DNA of 60,922 nt from an uncultured Clostridia bacterium (GTDB lineage: Bacteria; Bacillota; Clostridia; Christensenellales; UBA1242). Below are positions 8,166 to 15,301 of this stretch, in pieces. Position numbers and translations under genes: made by a program. Numbering within the stretch: the stretch's first letter is position 1; the number at the start of each line of letters is the position of its first letter. The notes under the pieces were generated by a model that worked only from the letters and a program-made list of their open reading frames with translations, had not been told where the DNA came from and ran no database searches. The stretch covers positions 1 through 60,922 of the forward strand of contig CANQNH010000001.1 in assembly GCA_947625165.1 (NCBI GenBank). The letters are read 5' to 3'.

Positions 8166-8184
8166 TTGATTTTCGCAAAATCAA
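8166..8184. repeat. cassette-boundary hairpin, copy 1 (TTGATTTT-CGC-AAAATCAA)
   Basis: Perfect 8-bp AT-rich inverted repeat 6 nt after the stop at 8157-8159. The same element recurs at 10552, 11121 and 13961. Right-arm-only copies (AAAATCAAA) lie at 8196-8204, 8753-8761 and 9212-9220. Confidence 0.8.
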
Positions 8185-8193
8185 ACGGCTGTC

Positions 8194-8258
8194 GCAAAAT
8201 CAAAATTTGATTATTTTTGATTTATTTTGATTTTTAATCAAAATATGTTATAATCGCA
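8194..8258 (+). promoter_or_regulatory. duplicated promoter-like block with iterated TTTGATT motifs (copy 1)
   Basis: GCAAAATCAAAATTTGATTATTTTTGATTTATTTTGATTTTTAATCAAAATATGTTATAATCGC contains TTGATT (8227-8232), a 16-nt spacer and TGtTATAAT (8246-8254). It is near-identical to 9210-9275. Confidence 0.55.
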
Positions 8259-8280
8259 ATATCAAAACGAAAAATCAAAA

Positions 8281-8342
8281 GTCGACTTTTTGGGGCATAC
8301 AGCCATATAAAACGAGTAAGTTGTCTTAAATGAGAGGGGGAA
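8281..8342 (+). repeat. shared promoter/5'UTR module, copy 1
   Basis: GTCGACTTTTTGG-(variable GC-rich)-CCATATAAAACGAGTAAGTTGTCTTAAATGAGAGGGGGAAATG. The conserved blocks fit TCGACT-18-TATAAA plus a ~30-nt UTR and a GAGGGGG RBS. It recurs at 8763, 9326 and 10635. Confidence 0.75.
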
Positions 8343-8747
8343 ATGAAGATATTACTAATTTGCAGCAAGGCTTTTTATGATAAATTAACTGATTATAAAG
8401 AAAGACTTGAAAAATTGGGGCATGAGATTTTTATGCCGAATTGCTGGAATTGTCCAGAAACTGAAGCAAAATATAGGGGAACGAAATGGCATGCTTCTTG
8501 GAAAGCCAGCATGATCAGACATAGTGAAGAAGTTATAAGTGAAATGGATGCAGTTTTGGTTTTAAATTTTGATAAAGGCTCTCAAAAAAATTATATTGGT
8601 GGAGCAACTTTCTTGGAAATTTATGATGCATTTAGGTTGGGCAAGAAAATATTTTTTATAAACGACATTCCGCAAAATATGCTGCAAGATGAACTGATAG
8701 GCTTTTCTCCAAAAGTCATACATGATGATTTGACAAAAATAGTTTAA
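8343..8747 (+). CDS. nucleoside 2-deoxyribosyltransferase-like (NDT-fold) protein
   Basis: MKILLICSKAFYDKL...LEKLGHEIFMP...EVISEMDAVLVLNFDKGSQKNYIGGATFLEIYDAFRLGKKIFFIND follows the NDT-like layout: N-terminal strand, G..v..P, then the D.vv.l...yiG.gt..E...A...gK.i tail. Confidence 0.5.
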   Translation: MKILLICSKAFYDKLTDYKERLEKLGHEIFMPNCWNCPETEAKYRGTKWHASWKASMIRHSEEVISEMDAVLVLNFDKGSQKNYIGGATFLEIYDAFRLGKKIFFINDIPQNMLQDELIGFSPKVIHDDLTKIV

Positions 8748-8762
8748 TTGTTAAAATCAAAG

Positions 8763-8824
8763 GTCGACTTTTTGGCGGTAACTCCCATATAAAGTAAGTA
8801 AAAAGTCTAATTTGAGGAAAAAAT
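8763..8824 (+). repeat. shared promoter/5'UTR module, copy 2
   Basis: GTCGACTTTTTGGCGGTAACTCCCATATAAAGTAAGTAAAAAGTCTAATTTGAGGAAAAAATATG aligns block-for-block with copy 1. Confidence 0.7.
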
Positions 8825-9205
8825 ATGAGAGAAGAAAATTTGATTGAAATTTTTATGTCAAATGCTATTGAATCAGCTGTCGATGTTGATTATGGAAATA
8901 AAGCGGAAATAAAAAAACACAATAAGGCAATTGAAAACTATCGTAAAATTGCAGAAAAAATAAAGAAGAAAGGTGATTCTTCAGAAATAGACAATTTTGT
9001 TGAATTGTTAAATAATGATAATTGGGACATTAAAATAGCAAGTTCTGTATGTATTATTGAGATTTTAGATTTAGAAGAATATAAAGAAAAGGCTTTATTG
9101 ACAATTAAAGAATATTTGGAATATTTAAAATCGCACGCAACTACGCAACATGAAAAAATAAACAAAATAGGGTTTGAATTATACTTAAAAAAATACAGTA
9201 AGTAA
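8825..9205 (+). CDS. DUF2019-like HEAT/helical protein (immunity-protein-like)
   Basis: LIEIFMSNAIESAVDVDYGNKAEIKKHNKAIENYRKIAEKIKKKGD...FVELLNNDNWDIKIASSVCIIEIL resembles the DUF2019 pattern. The call is from memory only. Confidence 0.4.
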   Translation: MREENLIEIFMSNAIESAVDVDYGNKAEIKKHNKAIENYRKIAEKIKKKGDSSEIDNFVELLNNDNWDIKIASSVCIIEILDLEEYKEKALLTIKEYLEYLKSHATTQHEKINKIGFELYLKKYSK

Positions 9206-9209
9206 TTCT

Positions 9210-9275
9210 GCAAAATCAAAATTTGATTATTTTTGATTTATTTTGAATTTTTAATCAAAAAATGAGTTATCGCAA
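9210..9275 (+). promoter_or_regulatory. duplicated promoter-like block with iterated TTTGATT motifs (copy 2, degenerate -10)
   Basis: GCAAAATCAAAATTTGATTATTTTTGATTTATTTTGAATTTTTAATCAAAAAATGAGTTATCGC has only a few substitutions relative to 8194-8258. Confidence 0.5.
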
Positions 9276-9325
9276 AATAATTTCGCGAAAAACTTCGTGG
9301 CGTTCGCTGGCGCTCGGCAACAAAA

Positions 9326-9387
9326 GTCGACTTTTTGGCGGGGATGGCCATATAAAGTAAGTAAATTGTCTTAATTGAGAGGGGGAA
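9326..9387 (+). repeat. shared promoter/5'UTR module, copy 3
   Basis: GTCGACTTTTTGGCGGGGATGGCCATATAAAGTAAGTAAATTGTCTTAATTGAGAGGGGGAAATG. Confidence 0.75.
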
Positions 9388-9720
9388 ATGGACACATCTT
9401 TTTATTGGGAGAACAGGTTGCATGATGCGGACATTATTGATTGCAAAGAAATTACATTTGACTATAATGTAAAAGACAAAAATCCCATACGGAATTGTCT
9501 TGAACTTATTATAAATAGCAGTCATGCTTTATATGATACAAGCATTAAGGGAATAAAACTATATAATTATAAAATCTTGTCTGATTTAAAAAATCCAAAA
9601 AATCTCTGGTGGAAAGAAGATAAGCTTGAAACAAAAGAAAACAAACTTATCTTAACAATTTATGGACACAATAATGAAGTCTTTGTTGTTAGATTTGACA
9701 AAGGAGAAACTATCAAATAA
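9388..9720 (+). CDS. hypothetical small protein
   Basis: Preceded by the shared RBS module. 110 aa with no motif recognised. Confidence 0.55.
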   Translation: MDTSFYWENRLHDADIIDCKEITFDYNVKDKNPIRNCLELIINSSHALYDTSIKGIKLYNYKILSDLKNPKNLWWKEDKLETKENKLILTIYGHNNEVFVVRFDKGETIK

Positions 9721-9764
9721 TAAGTGTTTCTCTTAAAAAATATAAGTAAAAAAAGGAAAACAAA

Positions 9765-10211
9765 ATGTTTCAATATAGAGTATCAAAATATAATCCTAAA
9801 CTTAGAGATGAAAATCAAGCCTATGCAAAGGAAGAATGGACATCATATAGCGATATTGGCAAAAAATTCTCTGATGGGACACTTTCCGAAAAAGAGTACT
9901 TAAAAGTTGAGAAAGAGTATATTGATTTTATTTATGGTCTTTTTAATGAATTTAAAATTGAAAAAATAAAGATATTAAAACAAGAGCCTAAAAATATTTT
10001 TAAAAAGACGTCTTTTGATGTAGATGATAAATGGTTATATACTCTCATTCAGAAAAATATTAGAGAAGAATTTTGGTGCAAGTTTAAAACAAAGCAATTT
10101 GAAATTTATATGGGATATGATTTTTATTTACACATTGATTTTACAAATGATACTGAAAAACTCTTGGAACAATTAGCCAAGAAACACAATCTATTTTTAG
10201 AAAAAGATTGA
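9765..10211 (+). CDS. hypothetical small protein
   Basis: AAGGAAAA RBS region; 148 aa; no motif recognised. Confidence 0.5.
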   Translation: MFQYRVSKYNPKLRDENQAYAKEEWTSYSDIGKKFSDGTLSEKEYLKVEKEYIDFIYGLFNEFKIEKIKILKQEPKNIFKKTSFDVDDKWLYTLIQKNIREEFWCKFKTKQFEIYMGYDFYLHIDFTNDTEKLLEQLAKKHNLFLEKD

Positions 10212-10237
10212 ATTTTTTATTTTTTAACGGAGTGTAT

Positions 10238-10555
10238 ATGAAAAGAGTTAATATTGCCTATGATTATGACTATGACGAAGAAACAGAGAAAACTATTGTC
10301 AATGGAAAAGTTGATATAATTGAATTGCCTGATGAAATAATTAAAAATATCGATTATTATGTGCAAAAGTTTTTTGACTGGGCGGCTAACAAATCGAATG
10401 GTTGTTTCCATTATGATATCACTCTAAAAAAAGATGTTTGTCAGATTGTAAGCGAAGATTTTGTCAGGTATATAAACAACGAACTTAAAATGCAAGCAAA
10501 TGTAATTGAAGTAAATGTGGACATTAATCCCAATTTACCCATTGTTGAATTTTGA
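10238..10555 (+). CDS. hypothetical small protein
   Basis: ATG 10238 has GGAG 6 nt upstream. The track ORF starts at TTG 10208, in frame. The stop codon lies inside boundary hairpin copy 2. Confidence 0.5.
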   Translation: MKRVNIAYDYDYDEETEKTIVNGKVDIIELPDEIIKNIDYYVQKFFDWAANKSNGCFHYDITLKKDVCQIVSEDFVRYINNELKMQANVIEVNVDINPNLPIVEF

Positions 10556-10570
10556 TTTTCGCAAAATTAA
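10552..10570. repeat. cassette-boundary hairpin, copy 2 (imperfect)
   Basis: TTGATTTTCGCAAAATTAA overlaps the TGA stop at 10553-10555. Confidence 0.7.
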
Positions 10571-10634
10571 ACTGTTCTCGCAAAATATAGCTGAAGTCTT
10601 GGTGACGCTGCGCGGTTGTTATAAACGAAAAAAC

Positions 10635-10708
10635 AAAAGTTAATTTTCTGCCGGTTGCAGCCATATAAAACGAGTCGTTTATCTTAATTGGGGGGGGGAG
10701 AAAAATAT
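10635..10708 (+). repeat. shared promoter/5'UTR module, copy 4 (diverged -35 block)
   Basis: ...GTTAATTTTCTGCCGGTTGCAGCCATATAAAACGAGTCGTTTATCTTAATTGGGGGGGGGAGAAAAATATATG. The -10 and UTR blocks are conserved, and the RBS is a G9 tract. Confidence 0.6.
10690..10698 (+). repeat. G9 homopolymer in the RBS of the 10709 gene
   Basis: Nine consecutive G, counted directly in the sequence. Confidence 0.9.
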
Positions 10709-11119
10709 ATGCAGATTGAAGAATTTTGTGGTTGTCTTGAAGGCTCGGATCAAGATTGGTTTACTGGTGATGCGGAGACTGGCGGCATTGAATATTGGAA
10801 ATCTTTGAAAGAGAATGAAAAATCAAAGGTTAGGCACTTTATTTTTGAAAAGTATGGAGATATGCAATCGCCAACAGAAACTTGTGTTTTTGAACCATTT
10901 GGAAAATTTATAGAAATTCTTTCACTTTGTGGTGACAAAAATGATATTCTTTTCGTGAAAAAACTTTTTATGGAAACACAATCAAAAAATATGGCATTTT
11001 ATATTGCCAATGTGTGTGAGTTTCCAAAAGATTTTCTTTTAAGTAAACTCGAGAAATTTGACAGTTTGGATGAATACGAACAAAGAATTATTGAGCAGAT
11101 AAAAAACAGACCTAATTGA
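10709..11119 (+). CDS. hypothetical small protein
   Basis: ATG 10709 follows the G-rich RBS. The track start at 10688 is an in-frame TTG inside that RBS. 136 aa with no motif. Confidence 0.5.
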   Translation: MQIEEFCGCLEGSDQDWFTGDAETGGIEYWKSLKENEKSKVRHFIFEKYGDMQSPTETCVFEPFGKFIEILSLCGDKNDILFVKKLFMETQSKNMAFYIANVCEFPKDFLLSKLEKFDSLDEYEQRIIEQIKNRPN

Positions 11120-11120
11120 T

Positions 11121-11139
11121 TTGATTTTCACAAAATCAA
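11121..11139. repeat. cassette-boundary hairpin, copy 3
   Basis: TTGATTTT-CAC-AAAATCAA has perfect arms and starts 2 nt after the TGA at 11117-11119. Confidence 0.8.
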
Positions 11140-11239
11140 AGTGCGGTTGAGAAGTGTTTGTGATGGTGTTTGCTAAGAGTGAAAAAATCTGTTTTTTATC
11201 GCAAAGAAACATAGAAAAAGAATTTTTGAAGGAGTGGTG

Positions 11240-11761
11240 ATGAGTAAATTTTATTGTGAAATATACCAATTGAAAAACATTTTAAGAAAAGGTTGGCTTA
11301 TAAGTAACGCTGGCAATGTCAATACTGGTCGTGTTGAAAGTGATGCAGAGCATACCTTTTCTATGTGTATGTTGGCAATGGAGACTATGACGAAATCCGA
11401 CAAATATAAAAATCTTGACCAACTTAAAGTTTACAAAATGATTCTTGTTCACGAACTATGTGAAATAGATGCAGGGGATCACACGCCTTATGATGAGATT
11501 TCACAACAAGAAAAATACAATATGGAACTTGCTTGCGTAAAAAGAATCGCCAAAGATTGTGAAATGCCGGAATTGTTGGTTTTGTGGAAAGAATTTGAAG
11601 AAAATGAAACTGCTGAAGCACAATTTGTGAAAAAGATGGACAGACTTGATGCAATAATGCAAGCAAAAATCTATTCAGATGAAAGAAAAAATAATGAATT
11701 GTTCAATGAATTTAAAAATAATTATAAAAAAATTGCAGATGAATTTGAGCTTTATCTTTAA
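11240..11761 (+). CDS. HD-domain phosphohydrolase (YfbR-like 5'-deoxynucleotidase family)
   Basis: ESDAEHTFSMCMLAM and LVHELCEIDAGDHTPYD supply the H...HD...D metal ligands in YfbR-like spacing. The RBS is AAGGAG. Confidence 0.65.
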   Translation: MSKFYCEIYQLKNILRKGWLISNAGNVNTGRVESDAEHTFSMCMLAMETMTKSDKYKNLDQLKVYKMILVHELCEIDAGDHTPYDEISQQEKYNMELACVKRIAKDCEMPELLVLWKEFEENETAEAQFVKKMDRLDAIMQAKIYSDERKNNELFNEFKNNYKKIADEFELYL

Positions 11762-11836
11762 CAGTTGTTGTATTTAGTGCACAAAAATTATGGAAAAATG
11801 TTGAAAAATGCGAAATTTTTTGAGGAGAGAAAATTT

Positions 11837-12514
11837 ATGAAAAGAGTAATCTTAACGGGTGCAAGTGATGGTTTGGGAAAAGAAGTTGGAAAACTGTTTT
11901 TGTCGGGGGGGGGAGAAGTTGTTGCTCTTTGCCGAACAAAGCCAGAATATGATTGCAAATTCATCAAGTGCGATTTGTCCGATGAAAAATCAATGACTAA
12001 GGCGTGCGAAATCATCAAAGAAAAATATCCTGAATTTGATGCGCTGATAAATTGTGCGGGAACTCAATGTATTGAGCCGACAAACAACACTCCTTATGCA
12101 AAATTGGACTATGTGATGAAAGTCAACACGATTGCGCCAATGTTTTTGATTTGTCAGTTGTTTGACCTGATAAAGCAAAACGAGGCAGACATCGTGAATG
12201 TTGGCTCAACTGTGGGTTTGAAATCTGGCCCAATCAATCAGGTTGGATACACAACTTCAAAATGGGCCATTCGTGGAACAAGTGCAAATATTGAGGCGGA
12301 ACTCAAAAACACCGCTTGCAGAGTTATCCAATTCAATGCTGGTGGGATGAACACAAGGTTTGTTGAGAAATATAACGGGCAGAAAATTTCCGATGTAGAT
12401 GCAAAAGAGTGGATTGACCCAAAGGATATGGCAAAAGTTTTGTTGATGACTTTGCAAGTTCCAAAAAACATTGAGATAAGTGACATTTGCGTGAACAGAA
12501 AAAGAAAGAAATAA
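11837..12514 (+). CDS. short-chain dehydrogenase/reductase (SDR)
   Basis: MKRVILTGASDGLGKEVG is the TGxxxGxG Rossmann motif. NCAG and YTTSKWAIRG (YxxxK) are also present. The CDS contains a G9 tract at 11905-11913 encoding GGG. Confidence 0.75.
   Translation: MKRVILTGASDGLGKEVGKLFLSGGGEVVALCRTKPEYDCKFIKCDLSDEKSMTKACEIIKEKYPEFDALINCAGTQCIEPTNNTPYAKLDYVMKVNTIAPMFLICQLFDLIKQNEADIVNVGSTVGLKSGPINQVGYTTSKWAIRGTSANIEAELKNTACRVIQFNAGGMNTRFVEKYNGQKISDVDAKEWIDPKDMAKVLLMTLQVPKNIEISDICVNRKRKK
11905..11913 (+). repeat. G9 homopolymer inside the SDR CDS
   Basis: Nine consecutive G encoding Gly-Gly-Gly. A +/-1 slip would frameshift the gene. Confidence 0.9.
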
Positions 12515-12556
12515 AGCGGTGTTGAGAGGTTTCAATTCGTGTGAACAGGAGAGGAT

Positions 12557-13348
12557 GTGGAAAAGTTTTATTCAAAGGAAAATTTGTTTTTGGCACCTGA
12601 TGTGAAAATACGCTTTGGTCAGGAGAGCGAAATTTCAAACTTGTGGAAAAACATAATCAGTGTTCAGGAGCAGGAAAAAAGAGAAAAACTTGTTGACAAT
12701 TTGCTGGAAATTATGGGAATGGACACCGAGAAAAACGGTTTTTTTGGCAAAGAGGACAGGGTTGATTGCGGCAATTTCCGGGCTTTTGTGCTTGATGACA
12801 AAAGTTTGTATTATATGTTTTTTGAAAATTTGAGAAACCTTAGCAATCAAAATGTGGGTGGAAAAATTTCGGATGGCTCAATCATAAATCAGGCAATCAG
12901 GGCGACAATCCGAGACTATGCCGGTGGCGATGGGGTTGACAGAGATGAGAGACTTAAATTGACCACTTTGACGGACGAGGGGCTTGCTCCGTCAATTTCA
13001 AGGCAGAAAGGGAAAAATTGTTTCTATTGCACCGAACGGGCGGCAATTTCGCACAATCTATGGCTGCTGACAGGCGCAAAGTCCTATTTTTGTTGGACAA
13101 ACAGCGACAGTTTTGGTGCAGAAAATCCAGAATATAAAAACGACACACACAACTTCACCATTGTTGAATATGATGACAAATTCAGATTGTATGATTTGGC
13201 TATGGACAATTTTTGCTTTTTGGAAAACGACTGCATTGACAAATTGTTGTCAGGAAAAGGCTTGAAAGTGGAGCAGAGCAAGACAGTTGCAAATCCTGGA
13301 GTTTATGCACAAAATTTGAGTGAAAAGGCAAAATCAAAGCAAGATTAA
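12557..13348 (+). CDS. hypothetical protein; possible transglutaminase/papain-like Cys-His-Asp fold
   Basis: GTG start. GKNCFYCTERAAISHNLW, then KNDTHNFTIVEY, then RLYDLA give a C...H...D order compatible with a transglutaminase-like core. This is weak. Confidence 0.35.
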   Translation: MEKFYSKENLFLAPDVKIRFGQESEISNLWKNIISVQEQEKREKLVDNLLEIMGMDTEKNGFFGKEDRVDCGNFRAFVLDDKSLYYMFFENLRNLSNQNVGGKISDGSIINQAIRATIRDYAGGDGVDRDERLKLTTLTDEGLAPSISRQKGKNCFYCTERAAISHNLWLLTGAKSYFCWTNSDSFGAENPEYKNDTHNFTIVEYDDKFRLYDLAMDNFCFLENDCIDKLLSGKGLKVEQSKTVANPGVYAQNLSEKAKSKQD

Positions 13349-13407
13349 AAAGAGACAACTGCTTGCTTGTTGCGACAAATTTGAAAGTCTTATCGAAAGG
13401 AGATTAT

Positions 13408-13956
13408 ATGAAGATAATTTATCAAACAGAAAGATTGATTGTTCGGCGATGGCAGATGAAGGATTATCGCGATTATTTTGAGTTTGTAAGCATTCCAGAT
13501 GTTTCAAAATATCTCAATTTCCAGCCTTACAAAACACTCAATCAGGCAAAAGAAAGAATTGCGAATATGATTGCTGCGTATGAAACAGAGCCTGTTAAAG
13601 CGGATTTTGCAATTGTGCTTAAAGCAGAAAACAAAGTTATTGGAAGTGTTGCGATAAACAGTTTTAAACCAAGTGCGGACGGTGTGGTTGGAATTGGCTA
13701 TATGTTGAACCCTAAATATCAAGGGAAAGGCTATGTGACAGAGGCTGTTGTTGGGCTTTTTAAGTATATCAAGCAGAACAATATTGCAAAACGGATTGAA
13801 GCAACTTATGATGTCGAAAATGTCAAGAGCGGAAATGTGATGAAACGAGCAGGTATGACCTTTGAGGGAATAAAACGAAAGGCTGGACAAAACAATTTAC
13901 ATTCAAGATACGATGTTGCTTTATATTCAATTCTTTTTGAGGAAATAAAAGACTGA
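13408..13956 (+). CDS. GNAT N-acetyltransferase (RimJ/RimL-like)
   Basis: MKIIYQTERLIVRRWQMKDYRDYFEFVS is the typical RimJ-like N-terminus. YQGKGYVTEAV is the acetyl-CoA loop. The RBS is AAAGGAG. Confidence 0.75.
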   Translation: MKIIYQTERLIVRRWQMKDYRDYFEFVSIPDVSKYLNFQPYKTLNQAKERIANMIAAYETEPVKADFAIVLKAENKVIGSVAINSFKPSADGVVGIGYMLNPKYQGKGYVTEAVVGLFKYIKQNNIAKRIEATYDVENVKSGNVMKRAGMTFEGIKRKAGQNNLHSRYDVALYSILFEEIKD

Positions 13957-13960
13957 CAAT

Positions 13961-13979
13961 TTGATTTTCGCAAAAACAA
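13961..13979. repeat. cassette-boundary hairpin, copy 4 (imperfect right arm)
   Basis: TTGATTTTCGCAAAAACAA lies 4 nt after the TGA at 13954-13956. Confidence 0.6.
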
Positions 13980-14061
13980 CGAAAAGAAAGATTGAATATT
14001 TTTTGCTGATTGCGACAATTTTGACACATTTTCAAAAAGTGAAAATTTTAAGGAGAAAGGG

Positions 14062-14571
14062 GTGAAGAAAGAAAAATTTTTGACCGTTTTTGCAGTTTTT
14101 GATGAAAAAACGCAAGAAATTTTGAGGGGTATTCAAAGTCAAGTTTTGGCGCTGGGGCATTCGTGGACGCAAACAATGGACATCCCGTTTCACATCTCTC
14201 TTGGAAGTTTTCCTGTTGAGGACAAAGAAAAATTAAAGTTGAAAATCGCCCAAGTATGCAAGGAAAACACTTTGTTTGATGTTGAATTGAAGCGCATCAA
14301 CCATTTTGGTGACAAGGTCTTGTTTGTTGAGCCAACTGTCAACAAAAACTTGTTTGATTTGCACAAAATGTTTGACAACAACTATGCCGATGGTTTTGAT
14401 TGGCACGCACACGCAACCATTGTCTCTGGGGAGCAGGAAGATGTTGTCAAAGCAAAGACTTTGTTGAACAAAATTTTCAAGCCTATGAAGGCACAAATCA
14501 CAGGCATTCAAATGGGTGAATTTTTTCCGACAAAAATGATTGTTGCGAAAGAACTTTGCAAACAGATGTGA
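14062..14571 (+). CDS. 2H phosphoesterase superfamily protein (LigT / 2'-5' RNA ligase-like)
   Basis: Two H-x-(T/S) motifs in the expected spacing: PFHISLGSF and WHAHATIVSG. GTG start after AAGGAGAAAGG. Confidence 0.65.
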   Translation: MKKEKFLTVFAVFDEKTQEILRGIQSQVLALGHSWTQTMDIPFHISLGSFPVEDKEKLKLKIAQVCKENTLFDVELKRINHFGDKVLFVEPTVNKNLFDLHKMFDNNYADGFDWHAHATIVSGEQEDVVKAKTLLNKIFKPMKAQITGIQMGEFFPTKMIVAKELCKQM

Positions 14572-14633
14572 AATTTTCTTTGCTCACTTTTGTTTTTTTT
14601 GTTGTGCAGTTTTTTTGATCACAAAAAAAGAAA

Positions 14634-15143
14634 TCAGGGCTTGATGTTTGCTCTGATTTTTGCGCCTTTACGGATGAGCCATGTTTTGCGGCCATCTTTG
14701 ATGAATGAGGTGGAGTGTTGAAATGTTGAAGCAAAATTGTCCCAAAATCTCACAGCGCGCAGGTTTTCAAGGCAGGTTGAAAAGGTGATTTCGCCGTCAA
14801 ATTGTGATGAGATTTGTGTGGCAAAGTCAAGCGCGTTGCCGTCTTTTCGAAATGTCGGAAGAACATAAAATTCCGCAATTTCAAACTTCTTGCGTGACAC
14901 TTGCCGAACAAGTGCCAGACCAGCAAAGTGATTTTCAATGTTTAGCAGAAAAGGAAATCTTTGTTCGTCTTCCCAATAGCAGTCAAACCACCGATAAATT
15001 GGGGTGCCATTTTCATCAAAATCTATTGTTTTGTCAAATTGTGACAACTCTTTGAGATATTCATTGAAATGCTGTCTGACACGTTCTTTGTCTTTTTCTG
15101 ATATGATTTGCACTTGTCTGTTCACATTTCCTCCAAATTTCAT
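14634..15143 (-). CDS. GNAT-family acetyltransferase-like protein
   Basis: HFAGLALVRQ...EFYVLPTFRKDGNALDFA resembles the GNAT beta4-alpha3 core. The start is uncertain; an in-frame GTG after GGAGGA at about 15125 is possible. Confidence 0.5.
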   Translation of the reverse strand: MKFGGNVNRQVQIISEKDKERVRQHFNEYLKELSQFDKTIDFDENGTPIYRWFDCYWEDEQRFPFLLNIENHFAGLALVRQVSRKKFEIAEFYVLPTFRKDGNALDFATQISSQFDGEITFSTCLENLRAVRFWDNFASTFQHSTSFIKDGRKTWLIRKGAKIRANIKP

Positions 15144-15301
15144 TCAAGATGTATTTATTTTAGCACAATTTGCTGCGTTCTCAAAGTGTTCGTGCAGGGC
15201 AAAAAATGGAAAACACAGAAAAATGCAAAAAGAAACCGAGCATATGCTCGGTTCAATTTCATAAAATTTGACGATTTAAGGCGTGAAATACGAGGAACAG
15301 G

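Noticed and set aside
8160-14061. Classical integron cassette array (attC sites) or CRISPR array
   Set aside because: The boundary hairpins are only 19 nt long. They lack the R''/R' core sites (RYYYAAC/GTTRRRY) and the extrahelical-base architecture of attC. No IntI-type integrase is adjacent. The unit spacing is irregular (0.4-2.8 kb) and the intervening DNA is protein-coding, so it is not a CRISPR array.
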